The translations under genes and the position numbers were made by a program. A stretch of DNA of 64,000 bases from Candidatus Altimarinota bacterium. Its GTDB lineage: Bacteria > Patescibacteriota > Gracilibacteria > CAIRYL01 > GCA-016699755. Positions 20,123-29,535 of the stretch are shown here, in pieces (positions within the stretch are counted from its first letter, which is position 1; every line of letters starts with the position of its first letter). The DNA is taken from contig OY760935.1 of assembly GCA_963664295.1 (NCBI GenBank), positions 704,001 through 768,000 of the forward strand, given 5' to 3'. The notes under the pieces are model-generated. The model was not told where the DNA came from. It saw nothing but the letters and a program-made list of their open reading frames with translations, and made no database searches.

Positions 20123-20989
20123 TTAAACAGAAATTTGAACATCAATAAGACGATTAGCACCTTCTGTAAAAGTTTTTACACCAAATTTAGCCTGAGATTT
20201 AAAAAGATAAACAAAATCATCTCTAAATTCAGGAGGAGTAATTTGCACTTTTGGTTTAATATTAGCCGCAAAACAAATAGGCTTACCACCACCAGCAAGA
20301 GCATGTTTAGTGCCAGTAGCAGTGACAAGATTGTTAGAACAATAAATTTTAATACCAGCAACAGTACCAACATAACCTCTAGTCACAACATTATCACCCA
20401 TTTGACCAGATCTTAAAACAGCTTCAGATTGCAATAAAAGAGCTTTTTCTACAGGTGAAATAATCAAAAATCTATCATCTTGCGGAACATTATTCACATC
20501 AAGAATTTGCCCAATACCAACAATAAATTTATAAATATTGTCTTTAGTAAGAACAGCCGGGTTAGTAGCAGTACCACCAACAAGCTCAGCATCAGCAGTA
20601 TGTTCAGCATTAGCATACTCAGCCATAATCGCATCATCATAAGCACTAGCAAAACTCTCAGCCGCATCAGCAATAAATTGATCCTTAGGACTAACTTTCA
20701 TGTATTTAACATCTTCTTCAGAAAGTTTCACAGCCCAAGCTTTACGAGTATCAAGAGAAAAAGTTTCATCAGCAACAGTAAGATCCTGCACAGTAGGAGA
20801 AGAATAAGAAGTCTCAAGATTACCAACAGAGATTTTATTAACACGAGGAAAATGCACAGTATCATTGCCATCAAAACTTCCTTCAAATTTTGTGTTAGCA
20901 ATATCCATACCAACAAACCTCTCACGAAGAACCTCCTGCAAAACCGAACTCCAAGCCTCAGCATTCAAACCCGCAACATTATTAGCCAT
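20123..20989 (-). CDS. major capsid protein (HK97 fold, P22 coat / T7-like family)
   Basis: EAWS..L, GNDTVHFP, D..I, L..NNVPQDDRFLIISP, G.VGTVAGIKIY.SNNL and FGVK motifs. Strongly biased codon use suggests high expression. Confidence 0.82.
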   Translation of the reverse strand: MANNVAGLNAEAWSSVLQEVLRERFVGMDIANTKFEGSFDGNDTVHFPRVNKISVGNLETSYSSPTVQDLTVADETFSLDTRKAWAVKLSEEDVKYMKVSPKDQFIADAAESFASAYDDAIMAEYANAEHTADAELVGGTATNPAVLTKDNIYKFIVGIGQILDVNNVPQDDRFLIISPVEKALLLQSEAVLRSGQMGDNVVTRGYVGTVAGIKIYCSNNLVTATGTKHALAGGGKPICFAANIKPKVQITPPEFRDDFVYLFKSQAKFGVKTFTEGANRLIDVQISV

Positions 20990-21053
20990 AATAAAAATAG
21001 AAAAAATAAAACAAAAAAATATTCATATTCAAATTACTCAGTCAAAAACAAAC

Positions 21054-21686
21054 TCAAGCAAAACGCACTTCACCAAAACGATTTTCACATTCAGAAATAT
21101 ATTTTTTTCTTTGATAATCAGTGAACACATCAAAATCATCTGTATTGACCAAATAAAATTCATCAGCAGTATTCACATTTGACCTAGGGGGCATAGTTGC
21201 AACAGAACGCAATTCCTCCCTTTTTTTGTCCGCCTCATTGCGAATACCAAGAATAGCAATAGATTTAGCAAGAGCAGTCTCAAAAGGCACGCCATAATCA
21301 ATCAGCGTCGTCATCTCCTGAGAAAACTTCTCGCCATATCTTGCATCAAACTCAGTCTCCGAAAGCCCGCTTTTTTCACGAGCTACCTGCAAAGCAGACT
21401 GATAATTAAAATTTTCACTTTTTTGCTCCGATTTCTGATCTTCTACTTTTAAAATTGTGCCAATTTCTCTCTGTACCCACTCCGGCGCAGAAGAAATATC
21501 TTCATCATTTTGCGCTTTTTCAAGCCATTTATTAACAGTCGCCTCTCGCACAATTTTTCTATCCTCAAGTTTTTTTTCATTATTATCACAAGGTTCATCG
21601 CCAGCATCAACGGTGTCCTCAACTGACTCATCACAAGGTGGCAAAACCTGCTCATCTTCCATGGTGGTCAAATTTTCTTTTTCCAT
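21054..21686 (-). CDS. putative capsid scaffolding protein
   Basis: Acidic, helical 210 aa protein directly upstream of the major capsid gene; assigned from position and composition. Confidence 0.55.
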   Translation of the reverse strand: MEKENLTTMEDEQVLPPCDESVEDTVDAGDEPCDNNEKKLEDRKIVREATVNKWLEKAQNDEDISSAPEWVQREIGTILKVEDQKSEQKSENFNYQSALQVAREKSGLSETEFDARYGEKFSQEMTTLIDYGVPFETALAKSIAILGIRNEADKKREELRSVATMPPRSNVNTADEFYLVNTDDFDVFTDYQRKKYISECENRFGEVRFA

Positions 21687-21836
21687 AAAAATCGTGAAAA
21701 ATCTTAAAAATCAAATGGCAGTAAAATACTGCAAATTCTCATTTTAATTTTTTTCTACCGACTTAAATCAAATGAAACATAAAAACAAAAAAGATTGGCA
21801 AAAATCCAATCTTCATTTTTATCATCATTTTATTTA

Positions 21837-21865
21837 ATTATATCAAATTCTACAGAAAAACACAA
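21837..21865 (-). promoter_or_regulatory. sigma70-type promoter for the scaffold-capsid operon
   Basis: TTGTGT-N17-TATAAT with TG extended -10; similar to the 16914-16942 promoter. Confidence 0.68.
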
Positions 21866-21877
21866 ATTTTTTTCATT

Positions 21878-22408
21878 TTACTTTTGCGCCAAAAATTTTT
21901 TCACCTTCACAAAAATAATCTTCAAAAGCTCAATTACTGCAGAAAAGACAAAAATCAAAAGTGTATAATAAAAACATGCAAGCGCAAAAAGCTGACCTTC
22001 ATAATCATAAGCTGGCTCAAAAGCATGGTACCCACTGCCATCAGGAAACACTATTCTTCCTGTAGGCGTATACTCAGCGCCATAAGAAAGAAAAATTTGA
22101 TCATGAAGATAGCCAAAAAACCAAGCAAAAATCAAAACAAAAACAAATGAAACCAAAAAAGAGTTAGTTATATTTTTTACTGGCTTATAAATGAAACTTA
22201 AAGTAAAAACTGGCAACCATGCGAGAAACATAATTACAAAAAAAGCCAAAGACATTGCAATAAAAAATAAAATATCGTCCTTCAGCGGAAGTGAACGATA
22301 CTTGATCGCCCCAATACACAAAACAATAAAAATAGGTGCATAAAACCCAAGCAAACTTCTCCATGCTTGATCTTTTTTACCAATATTGTTTTTAATTTTG
22401 TTAGTCAT
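21878..22408 (-). CDS. 4-TM membrane protein, candidate immunity protein 2
   Basis: Paralogous to the upstream gene (WLPVFTLSFIYKPVKNITNSFLVSF, YTPTGRIVF); overlaps it by 8 nt. Confidence 0.65.
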   Translation of the reverse strand: MTNKIKNNIGKKDQAWRSLLGFYAPIFIVLCIGAIKYRSLPLKDDILFFIAMSLAFFVIMFLAWLPVFTLSFIYKPVKNITNSFLVSFVFVLIFAWFFGYLHDQIFLSYGAEYTPTGRIVFPDGSGYHAFEPAYDYEGQLFALACFYYTLLIFVFSAVIELLKIIFVKVKKFLAQK

Positions 22409-22907
22409 AAAATTTTTTCTTTAAATAATTAAAAACACTACCTAGGCAAGAAAACACAAAAACCTGCAAAATAAACAAAATAAGAACAATAATAAAGCCG
22501 TCTCTATCAACTTCGGCAGATGGGCTATAAAAATAAAGATTATGCTCCATAGAAAAACCGATCCTGCCGGAAGGCGTAAAAACTGCCCCATGCCAAAGCC
22601 AAATTTTTTTATAAAGAAAAACACTTAAATAATAAAACAAAGAAATAAATGCAAAAGAAACAACAAAAGAATTAACAATGTTTCTGGCAGGTTTATAAAA
22701 AACACTTAAAATAAATATAGGAACCCAAACAAAAAGACAATAATAAGATAAAAAAAATAAAAATGACCAATAATTAACATCAAATCCTGCCCTAAATAAA
22801 TTGTCAAAATTTACAACCCAGGGCAATAGAGCAAAAGCAAGTGCTCCCCTAATTGATTTGAAGCTATCTCTAATAAAATTCTCAATTTTTTTAGTTTCGC
22901 TGGTCAT
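22401..22907 (-). CDS. 4-TM membrane protein, candidate immunity protein 1 (start probably 22907)
   Basis: WVPIFILSVFYKPARNIVNSFVVSF and FTPSGRIGF; start overlaps the toxin stop. Confidence 0.65.
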   Translation of the reverse strand: MTSETKKIENFIRDSFKSIRGALAFALLPWVVNFDNLFRAGFDVNYWSFLFFLSYYCLFVWVPIFILSVFYKPARNIVNSFVVSFAFISLFYYLSVFLYKKIWLWHGAVFTPSGRIGFSMEHNLYFYSPSAEVDRDGFIIVLILFILQVFVFSCLGSVFNYLKKKFYD

Positions 22908-23982
22908 AAAGTTGGTAACCAAAATCTAAATAATATGAATCACCAGGGTTATCTTTTCCTAAATTATCAATTGCTGCTGCATCTTTAATTTTATCGTAAT
23001 CAAGATCAAAATGATTAGCAGTATATCCAATAATCATATTACCTGGTGCATCATATCTTATCAAATCTCCATTAAATATATATGAATAATAATATCGTTC
23101 GATTTTATCACCACTGCCTGTTCCTGATTTTTGACCAAAAATTGGATGATAAGAATGAACATAATCATAGGGACCATTGCGACGAAATAGACCTAAAAAA
23201 TCGCCCAAGCTTAATAAGCTTGGTATGCCCGGTGTCGGCTTATCAAAAACTAATATTGAAAATACTTTATTAGGCGTATAAGGGCGCATAAATAATATCC
23301 TCAAGTCTCTAATTGCCTTTTCGCATTCCTCAAAAAACAAATCCTGAATATCAAAAGGGCAAACATCATTTAGTCCACAAAAAGTAAATCTGCCTACTAA
23401 ATCTTTAGGATCAATCGAATTGCTCTCATCAAAAAAGCTCACTCTGACAATTGTCTCCCATGTAGTTTGAATTCCAAGGACTTTATTGACAATATTAGTA
23501 ATGGCTTGTGAAGGATTATCCACCTCCAAAATCCCAGGTAAAATCTCACCAGTGTAAGGATTATAAAAATCAATCTTGCCTCCTTCTGGCTTAAAAAATT
23601 CCTCTTCACCTGCAGATAAATTCATTTGAACTTCTGCATTTGTGCTTGTATACAAGCCGTCCACAGTCATCTTGTCTCCATTATCATCCAAAACAAAAGT
23701 GCCATCAGGCATATAAATATTACCATTTTCATCAATAGACCTACCTGCATCTTGCAACATTTCAACAATATCCTCCTTTGTTTTTGCATCTTTTTTAATC
23801 TTTTCCTGTAAAACATCACAAGGAATACAAGCGGGAGAATAAATCCACATTTCAGTACCGTCATTGCAAGTGACGCCATCATCAGAAATTCCCCCATGAT
23901 AAGAACAGCAACCACGCATAGAACCTCCGGCAGAGGCTAGTTGTGTTTTTCTGTGAGATGTTAATTTAAGCTCTTCAGACAT
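22891..23982 (-). CDS. polymorphic toxin-like protein with C-terminal Ntox44 (toxin 44)-like domain
   Basis: C-terminal RNGPYDY...DAPGNMIIGY...AA...DNPGD..LDFGYQLY resembles the Ntox44 pattern (GxWDYK...GNxxYGY...DDPxD...G). N-terminal RGCCSYHGG..CNDGT Cys motif. Confidence 0.68.
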   Translation of the reverse strand: MSEELKLTSHRKTQLASAGGSMRGCCSYHGGISDDGVTCNDGTEMWIYSPACIPCDVLQEKIKKDAKTKEDIVEMLQDAGRSIDENGNIYMPDGTFVLDDNGDKMTVDGLYTSTNAEVQMNLSAGEEEFFKPEGGKIDFYNPYTGEILPGILEVDNPSQAITNIVNKVLGIQTTWETIVRVSFFDESNSIDPKDLVGRFTFCGLNDVCPFDIQDLFFEECEKAIRDLRILFMRPYTPNKVFSILVFDKPTPGIPSLLSLGDFLGLFRRNGPYDYVHSYHPIFGQKSGTGSGDKIERYYYSYIFNGDLIRYDAPGNMIIGYTANHFDLDYDKIKDAAAIDNLGKDNPGDSYYLDFGYQLYDQRN

Positions 23983-24000
23983 AATAAAATCTAAAAATTT

Positions 24001-24327
24001 CTAAAACCTTGGAGATAAATTTTCAATTTCTTCGTCAAGCCCTCTTTCCAACTGATCTTCCTCAAACGCAGTGCGAAAAAAAGCAATCAACTCACCCATT
24101 CCTCGCTTAAATTCACGCAAATCTTTTTTAAAATTCTTCTGTGACTGTAAATAAACCAAAACCTCCATTAAATACAGCAAATCACTCTCATTTTCTTGCC
24201 AAAATTTTGCAAAAATCCTGCGTTTTAATTTACTTCCCAAAATAGACTCCGAATAGGTTTCTTCATTTTTATTTTTTGTAGCAAAAAGCCGTCTCAAAAA
24301 ACCAATTTTTTTTAACATATTCAACAA
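24001..24327 (-). CDS. small helical protein downstream of portal
   Basis: 108 aa; position typical of small post-portal genes in podovirus head modules. Confidence 0.55.
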   Translation of the reverse strand: MLNMLKKIGFLRRLFATKNKNEETYSESILGSKLKRRIFAKFWQENESDLLYLMEVLVYLQSQKNFKKDLREFKRGMGELIAFFRTAFEEDQLERGLDEEIENLSPRF

Positions 24328-24335
24328 ATAAAAAA

Positions 24336-25874
24336 TTATTTAATTTCCAAATCGCCTTCTTCTAAAGGCAAACCAAGAATTTGCGATCTTTTTATAATCG
24401 CTTTCTTATGCGCCAAAGAGCCTGTTGGCAAAACTTTAAGCATCTCATCAAGACGCGCCAACTCCGCAGTATAACTTGGATAAACACCACTACGAGAATC
24501 AATTTCAATACTAAATTCGTTTTCAGAAATTAACTTACTAACCATGCCCAAAGTCACTCCCTCTGCGACTAAAGTCTGGTCATCATGTGCTACAAAATCA
24601 CGAATTGAAGTCAAAACACACTCAATAGCAAAACGGATTTCCTCTGCATTTTGTTCCATAATCTGACGAACAAATGCATTAGAATTTTCCTCTCTCAAAA
24701 GAGCATGTCTAGCTGTGTCATTATTAGAAACTGATAAGTCATCAAGGTTAATACCAATTCTTTTTACAATTTGATCATATTTTTCAAACAAGCGCTCAAA
24801 CTCAGAAGTAAGCTGTTCGCCAATAATAGACTTAATTTTTCCATATTCTAATTGTCCGTTGTCATCAGCCTCAACAGGAATAATGCCCATTTCTCCGCGA
24901 CTTTTTGCCTCCAAAGCTTTATAAACCCAATTTTGAAACTCAGCAATTTTGCTCTTTTTCATAGTGATTGTATATAGCGGATCAACACGATTAGAAATTG
25001 CAGATATTGCCATATTCATCAACTTTCTTGCCTCAATATGCAGGTTATAAAGTAAATTTCCCAAACCAGCGTTATAAAAACCTTTCAAAGAAGAAAAACA
25101 AACAAAATGCAAAAGTGGCAAATAAGGATTACTATTTTTGTCCCAAAAAGGATAATTATCACCACAAGCCTTTTTTAAGCAAATAGCATTACTACCAGCC
25201 AAAACAAAATACTGTTTTTTACTTTTCGAAAAATAATGCACAAGCTCAACAAAGTCATCTTTATCATCAGAGCTTTCTCTGCCAGCAAATGGCACTCTGC
25301 CTAGTAAAACTTTTTTTGCTTCAGGAAAAAGCTGATGAAATTCATCAATTGAATAAAGATAAGAAAAAGCAATTTCATCAGCATCTAAACTTCCTCCCTC
25401 GGAACGAAGCTCACTGGCTTGCGGGTCAATCCAAACATCATTAATGGAGCAAGTTTCAAAACAAATTGGATTCCTAGCAGTGCCAGCGCCAATTTTGATA
25501 AAGGCATCACCAAAAAGAAGACCACGAAAAAAAGCACCTGATTTTTCAGTAAAAACCCTGGAAAAACCGCTCCTACTAAGCACAAAATCAAGACCTTTCC
25601 TTACTGCCTCATGCGAATTGCTATCAGCTAAATTACTCTTAAGACGAAAGTCCAATAGCTTCATTTTTGCCACAGTTTTCCAAAGAGCTTGAAAAAGCAA
25701 AAATCCATTTAATGTTTTTTTGGGACTTTTTTTCTCTGTTAAAAATTGATCTTGATATAAAACCTGTATTTTTGCACATTCTGCTGTTTTTTCATTTTTC
25801 TGAGCATTGGCTCTTTGCACAAGATTATCAACAAGCAAAAACTGCTTATTATCTGACAAATTTTCAATTTGCAT
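24336..25874 (-). CDS. putative phage portal protein (P22/podovirus-like); start 25874 or 25913
   Basis: ~510-525 aa; G.AFIKIG, DVWIDP.A, YLPLLHF...GFYNAGLG and TA......E patterns; first gene of the head module. Confidence 0.7.
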   Translation of the reverse strand: MQIENLSDNKQFLLVDNLVQRANAQKNEKTAECAKIQVLYQDQFLTEKKSPKKTLNGFLLFQALWKTVAKMKLLDFRLKSNLADSNSHEAVRKGLDFVLSRSGFSRVFTEKSGAFFRGLLFGDAFIKIGAGTARNPICFETCSINDVWIDPQASELRSEGGSLDADEIAFSYLYSIDEFHQLFPEAKKVLLGRVPFAGRESSDDKDDFVELVHYFSKSKKQYFVLAGSNAICLKKACGDNYPFWDKNSNPYLPLLHFVCFSSLKGFYNAGLGNLLYNLHIEARKLMNMAISAISNRVDPLYTITMKKSKIAEFQNWVYKALEAKSRGEMGIIPVEADDNGQLEYGKIKSIIGEQLTSEFERLFEKYDQIVKRIGINLDDLSVSNNDTARHALLREENSNAFVRQIMEQNAEEIRFAIECVLTSIRDFVAHDDQTLVAEGVTLGMVSKLISENEFSIEIDSRSGVYPSYTAELARLDEMLKVLPTGSLAHKKAIIKRSQILGLPLEEGDLEIK

Positions 25875-26015
25875 AAAAATAGATAAAAATAAAAAACTTA
25901 TTTTTATGCTCATTTTTATAAATTTATATTTATCTATTTATTAAAACTAATTCACACAAATCTAATTAACAAAAAAAGAAACTCTGCGATTTCTTCATCT
26001 TCATATTTCAAATAA

Positions 26016-26044
26016 ATAATACCAAAAAAAGCCCAAAAAATCAA
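26016..26044 (-). promoter_or_regulatory. sigma70-type promoter for the portal-toxin operon
   Basis: TTGATT-N17-TATTAT with TG extended -10. Confidence 0.6.
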
Positions 26045-26050
26045 GCAAAT

Positions 26051-27391
26051 TCACTCTCCAAGCTGTTTTATGTGATAATTTGTATAAAAAATAGTAATCA
26101 CAGTAGTCACCCAATCAATACAAAAAATACCCAACCAAATCGCTAAAATTGGAAAATCAAAAACCTTAACCAAAACATAATAAACAGGCAAAGGTAAAAC
26201 AATTTGACGCAAAAAACTAATATAAAAAGCATAAGCCGGTTTTTTAATTGCCTGCAAAGTAGCCATATTCAAAGCCAAAAAAACATAAGACCAAGCAGAA
26301 AGAGACAATATTTTTAAGGCAATTCCGCCAATTTCAATAACTTTTTGATCATCACTAAAAAAGCTCATCAAATTATATGAAGCAAAAAAGATAAAAAGCA
26401 CTGAAAACAGCATAATAATAGAACCATATTTTATAGCTGTTTTGCGCACTTCGTTCATTCTTTGATAATTTCCCGCACCATTATTCTGACCAACAATAGC
26501 CAAAACAGCTATATTAAGACCCATAATAGGCAAAAGAAAAATCTGTTCAGCACGAGTCATAATTCCATAAGCCGCCACTGCCTCTTCTCCGTAAAATTTT
26601 AAAAAATAAGTAATTACAAAAATACCAAGAGCAATAGTCATCATGTTTACACTAGAAGGAAAACCTTGCTTGATAATTTCCCAATAAGCTTCTTTTCGAG
26701 GGCGCAAGTCAGATAATTTTTTAATATGCAAAAACCCCATTCTATAGCTTGTAATAGTAATATAAATAGTATTGATCGCCATAATCAAAACAGTAGCCAA
26801 AGCAACTCCTGAAATCCCCAAAGCAGGCACGCCAAAACCACCATACAAAAACCAAGGATCAAAAATTAAATTAAGAAAAAAGCCTAAAACCAATAAATTA
26901 CGATAAACTTTAGTATTACCAGAGGCAATAAGAGTGCTGTTAATAGAATGAGTAGTAATAAAAAAGAAAGTACCAAGAAAAATAATATTTATATAAGAGA
27001 GAGCTAAATCAAAAGATGCTTGACTTGTTGCAAGTAATTTAAATAAATATGGTGCTAAAAAAAGCCCAAAAAACATTAAAAAAACAGCAAAAATCATTCC
27101 AAAAGAAACAACTTGCGTTGAAAAAAGTCTGGCTTTTTCTTTTTCTCCAGCGCCCAAAGCATTTGAAATCAATGCAGATCCACCAGTAGAAATACCATTC
27201 GCAAAAGACAAAATAATAAAAAACACTGGAAAACTAATAGACATAGCCGCCAGCGCCTCAGTGGACATTTGCCCCGCAAAATAAGTATCCACCACGTTAT
27301 ACATGGTCTGAAAAAAGAAACCAATACTCGCAGGCATTGCTATTTTGGCGATCAAAGATGAAATTTTTCCTTCTACAAGTTCTGCTTTCAA
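26051..27391 (-). CDS. MATE family efflux transporter
   Basis: YNVVDTYFAG, GNTK, LNLIFDP, GISGVALAT and VGQNNGAG; about 12 TM helices. Confidence 0.93.
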   Translation of the reverse strand: MKAELVEGKISSLIAKIAMPASIGFFFQTMYNVVDTYFAGQMSTEALAAMSISFPVFFIILSFANGISTGGSALISNALGAGEKEKARLFSTQVVSFGMIFAVFLMFFGLFLAPYLFKLLATSQASFDLALSYINIIFLGTFFFITTHSINSTLIASGNTKVYRNLLVLGFFLNLIFDPWFLYGGFGVPALGISGVALATVLIMAINTIYITITSYRMGFLHIKKLSDLRPRKEAYWEIIKQGFPSSVNMMTIALGIFVITYFLKFYGEEAVAAYGIMTRAEQIFLLPIMGLNIAVLAIVGQNNGAGNYQRMNEVRKTAIKYGSIIMLFSVLFIFFASYNLMSFFSDDQKVIEIGGIALKILSLSAWSYVFLALNMATLQAIKKPAYAFYISFLRQIVLPLPVYYVLVKVFDFPILAIWLGIFCIDWVTTVITIFYTNYHIKQLGE

Positions 27392-27494
27392 ATATATATA
27401 AAAAGAGCTGAATAATTATATCAAAACAAACAAAAAATAAAACCTTCAAAAACATAATTAAAATAGAAAACTTATAATTAAAAATTTTTCTAGG

Positions 27495-27796
27495 CGTCAT
27501 TGTGGATTTTTTTTGTTGAGGTGTCATTGTGGACCCCGATCCGCAATCTCGGCAGGTGTCATTCTGAGCGCAAAACACACCCTTGCTGTCATTCTGAGCG
27601 AAATGAAATGGAGCGAAGAATCTCCTTGTCCATTTGCTCAAATCCTGTCTTAGGTAATTGTGCAGTAATGACAACGGGAGATCCTTCGCTTCGCCTAAAG
27701 GCTCGCTCAGGATGACGAAGTAAGGGGGCTCAGGGTGACATTACATTTGTCATTGCGGATTTTTTGGGGTGTCATTGCGGGCTTGATCCGCAATCT
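27495..27796. repeat. REP-like palindromic repeat cluster 3
   Basis: Same TGTCAT modules; closely matches cluster 4. Confidence 0.92.
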
Positions 27797-27912
27797 AAGA
27801 CAAAAAAACATCATCACAAAAAAACAATCCACCCAAACGGATAGCTTATTTCAACTAAACATCAATTCTAAATAAAAAAAATAAACAATACACAGTAGCA
27901 TGCAGACTATTT

Positions 27913-29526
27913 TTATTTAGAAAACATATCCCTAAAACGCTCCATTAAAGAAGACATTTTTCTCTCAGGCGCAATAATATTTTTCTTGCGTTCCGCAATT
28001 TCTTCATCAGAAATTTTCACATCAAGCTTACGATTTGGCATATCAATTTCAATAATATCTCCATCCTTAATTACACCAATTGTCCCACCATTATAAGCCT
28101 CTGGCTCAACATGACCAATAGCCGCACCACGAGTGCCTCCGGAAAAACGACCATCAGTAATCAAGGCAACTTTTTGATAACCCGCACCAGCAATAGCAGA
28201 AGTAGGAGTAAGCATTTCCGGCATGCCCGGAGCGCCAGCAGGTCCCATAAAATTTATAACCACAACATCACCTTCTTCAATTTTGCCATCAGAAATAGCA
28301 TCTAAAAGCGCTTGTTCTTCATTAAAAACCTTAGCTGGACCACTATGCACAAGCATATCTTCTGCCACAGCAGTTTGTTTCACAACAGACCGATCAGCCA
28401 AATTACCACGCAAAACAGCAATACCACCTTCTCGATAATAAGGATGATCCAAAGGTCGAATTACGTCTTCGTCCAAAACTTCGGCCTTATCCGCAATATC
28501 ATAAATATTTTTTCCTTCAATCGTTTTAGTATTATTTAAGTCATTTTTCAGCCTCTTTAAAACCGCGGAAATACCACCAGCATTATCTAAATCCTCCATA
28601 TGATGACTGCCAGCAGGCGACAAATGACAAATATTAGGAGTTTTTTTACTCAATTCATCAAAAAGCGCAAGCGGAAGATCAATTCCAGCAGACTTAGCAA
28701 TAGCTGGTAAATGCAAAGCAACATTAGTTGATCCACCAATAGCCATGTCCATCAAAACTGCATTATAAAAACTTTCTTTAGTTAAAAATTGCTTAGCTGT
28801 TATGCCATTTTTCACCATTTCCACAATTAAACGACCAGTTTCTCTGGCTTGCTTTCTTTTTTCATCAGAAATAGCCAATGTACTAGCACATCTTTCTACG
28901 CTCAAACCCAAAACCTCAGTCACACAGGCCATAGAATTAGCAGTAAAAAGACCAGAACAACTCCCAGCCCCAGGACAACAGGCACATTCAACTTCTAATA
29001 ATTCCTCATCAGATAATTTACCTGCTTTTTTTTTGCCTACAGCCTCAAAAGTAGAAATCAAATCAACTTTCTTGCCATGCAAATTACCTGCTTTCATAGG
29101 ACCTCCAGTCAAAATAGCAGTTGGTAAATCAAGCCTACCTGATGCCATCAACATTCCTGGAGTAATTTTGTCACAATTTGTCACACCCACCCAGCCATCA
29201 AGTGAATGTGAAATAGTCATAATTTCAATATTATCCGCAATATGTTCACGCGAAGGCAAAGAAAGACGCATTTCTGCAAACATAGCTACACCATCACAAA
29301 CCGCAGGAACACCCCAACGAAAAGGTACTCCTCCTGCTTCACGAATACCTTTACAAACCTCTTCTGTTAATTCATTAAGATGAATATGACCAGGCACAAG
29401 ATCCGTAAAAGCATTGGCAACACCAATAAATGGTTTTTTAAAATCATCATTTTTAAGACCAGTAGCCCGCAAAAGACCTCTATGAGGCGCAGTAGTGTCA
29501 TATTTTTTTAGTATGTCCGATTTCAT
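27913..29526 (-). CDS. ilvD: dihydroxy-acid dehydratase
   Basis: PGHIHL, CDG, NCDKITPG, GSCSGLFTANSM, GGSTN, GMPEML and TDGRFSGG. Confidence 0.96.
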   Translation of the reverse strand: MKSDILKKYDTTAPHRGLLRATGLKNDDFKKPFIGVANAFTDLVPGHIHLNELTEEVCKGIREAGGVPFRWGVPAVCDGVAMFAEMRLSLPSREHIADNIEIMTISHSLDGWVGVTNCDKITPGMLMASGRLDLPTAILTGGPMKAGNLHGKKVDLISTFEAVGKKKAGKLSDEELLEVECACCPGAGSCSGLFTANSMACVTEVLGLSVERCASTLAISDEKRKQARETGRLIVEMVKNGITAKQFLTKESFYNAVLMDMAIGGSTNVALHLPAIAKSAGIDLPLALFDELSKKTPNICHLSPAGSHHMEDLDNAGGISAVLKRLKNDLNNTKTIEGKNIYDIADKAEVLDEDVIRPLDHPYYREGGIAVLRGNLADRSVVKQTAVAEDMLVHSGPAKVFNEEQALLDAISDGKIEEGDVVVINFMGPAGAPGMPEMLTPTSAIAGAGYQKVALITDGRFSGGTRGAAIGHVEPEAYNGGTIGVIKDGDIIEIDMPNRKLDVKISDEEIAERKKNIIAPERKMSSLMERFRDMFSK

Positions 29527-29535
29527 TATTTAAAA

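Larger units (their letters stand above)
14552..26044 (-). mobile_element. phage-derived virion morphogenesis cluster with no terminase, integrase or replication genes (GTA-like or domesticated prophage)
   Basis: Contiguous co-oriented portal-toxin-scaffold-capsid-spike-lysis-adaptor-nozzle genes between the MATE gene and uppS. Confidence 0.75.

Noticed and set aside
19916-21182. Long + strand ORFs (166, 214 and 105 aa) opposite the capsid gene, and other antisense ORFs such as 7461-7874, 28802-29383 and 33964-34518
   Set aside because: They are shadow frames of well-supported opposite-strand genes with biased codon use and no motifs.
14552-26044. Complete inducible prophage
   Set aside because: No integrase, att repeats, repressor, replication or terminase genes are recognisable. 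Both flanks are housekeeping genes within ~30-140 nt of the terminal ORFs.
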